Shown piece by piece: positions 63,338 to 64,000 of a DNA stretch of 64,000 nucleotides. Position numbers and translations under genes: made by a program. Positions within the stretch are counted from its first letter, which is position 1. Every line of letters begins with the position of its first letter. The DNA lies in assembly GCA_965112735.1 (NCBI GenBank), contig OZ218958.1, forward strand, positions 744,001 to 808,000. Reading direction: 5' to 3'. Below the pieces are notes generated by a model. The model saw only the letters and a list, made by a program, of their open reading frames with translations. It was not told where the DNA came from and made no database searches. The stretch comes from Phaeosaccion multiseriatum (taxonomy: Eukaryota > Protista > Ochrophyta, other classes).

Positions 63338-64000
63338 TTCATGTCTATATCTCACTCTCTATCGCTCACACCCACCCACACATGGTTCGCGCTCCACCCC
63401 ACCCCCCCCTCCGCCCCTCCACTGCCATCCTCCAGCTCTACTGCCAGCGCTACAACGTGACGGAGTTTCCTCACATTGCCCTGGTGGACCCGCGAACGGG
63501 GAGAATGATGTGGTACAACAAGCCAGCCGAGGGCAAGACGGGCTTTATGAGTGCAGAGGAGATGGTTGAGAAGGTAAGGGGGGTGGAGAGAGGCAGTGGA
63601 GAGAGAGGCAAGCAAAGCAATGAAGGGGGGTGGAGAGACGCAAGCAAGGCAAACAAAACAAAACAGGCAAAGGCCCGGGTGAGGGTGCTAAGCAGGCAAG
63701 CAAAGGGGGATGGGGTTTCCGACATTCCTGTCCTCACTTTTCGAAGGGTTGTAAACATACTTTTTGTGGATCCTGGTCTTGCGTCACTTTTCGAAGGGTA
63801 GGTGAGTATGTAGACATACTTTTTGCGGGTCCCGGTCTCTTGTAGGTAGTCTCAGGTGAGTTGGAGAAGGGGGGAGGGGGGGGGCGTTGTCACTTCCCGT
63901 CTTGCTTGGAGTGTTACTTGTTATTCATGTACACTCAGGCATGTGCTTCCCCCCCCCCCTACTTCCCTTCCCTTGACCTCTCTGTGTCTCTCTATGCTTT
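61233..64000 (+). CDS. UBXN7: UBX domain protein 7-like p97/Cdc48 adaptor (UBA-like + UAS), 3' end outside window
   Basis: MEDSSEDAVVQFVAVTSAS.EEAARFLE|IANGKLETAVRMFME (UBA-like); VRPPD; LSVMFAPPTGLIFSGLFAQAR..KWLLVNIQ|GQSEFDSHKLNRDTWKDETV..FWQ..|..RYNVTEFPHIALVDPRTG (UAS). Last visible exon ends at 63573. Confidence 0.9.

Noticed and set aside
1-64000. tRNA, rRNA, transposase or reverse-transcriptase genes
   Set aside because: No cloverleaf, rRNA-like segment or DDE/RT motif was recognised by eye; tRNAscan-SE, Infernal and a repeat-library search would be needed to exclude them formally.

Overview
Eukaryotic nuclear DNA, GC-rich and intron-dense (GT-AG introns packed with microsatellites). 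A signal peptide plus ASAFAP-type motif (AVAA/FVGP) and an axonemal dynein p28 gene point to a flagellated photosynthetic stramenopile (ochrophyte); this assignment is inference. Fourteen genes can be modelled by hand, and most long ORF-track entries are exon+intron read-throughs or repeat artefacts. In order: a 5'-truncated LRR gene built from 72-nt phase-1 exons and ending in a CaaX box; an intronless membrane protein; DNALI1/p28; a multi-TM protein; a small unknown protein; AP4M1; a CBP/p300-type acetyltransferase; a REC-(peroxiredoxin-like)-REC protein; an ACSBG-type acyl-CoA ligase; a plastid-lumen-targeted PDZ-FKBP; a YNII-repeat protein (possibly ciliary); ASF1; an SLC25 carrier; and a 3'-truncated UBXN7. 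The best candidate for an undescribed system is the minus-strand gene at 33144-39349. Splicing exons that the ORF track does not join reveals a degenerate AhpC/TSA (peroxiredoxin-fold) domain between two intact phospho-receiver domains, with no kinase or DNA-binding output. Other notable signals: a dispersed palindromic GATAGCG/CAGGGGTCG element, a 34-bp minisatellite, a (CCT)n tract that encodes a poly-Gly tail, complementary SSRs at opposite intron ends, and degenerate copies of exon ends inside the following introns. No tRNA, rRNA, CRISPR array or transposase was recognised. All exon models are manual and lack transcript evidence.
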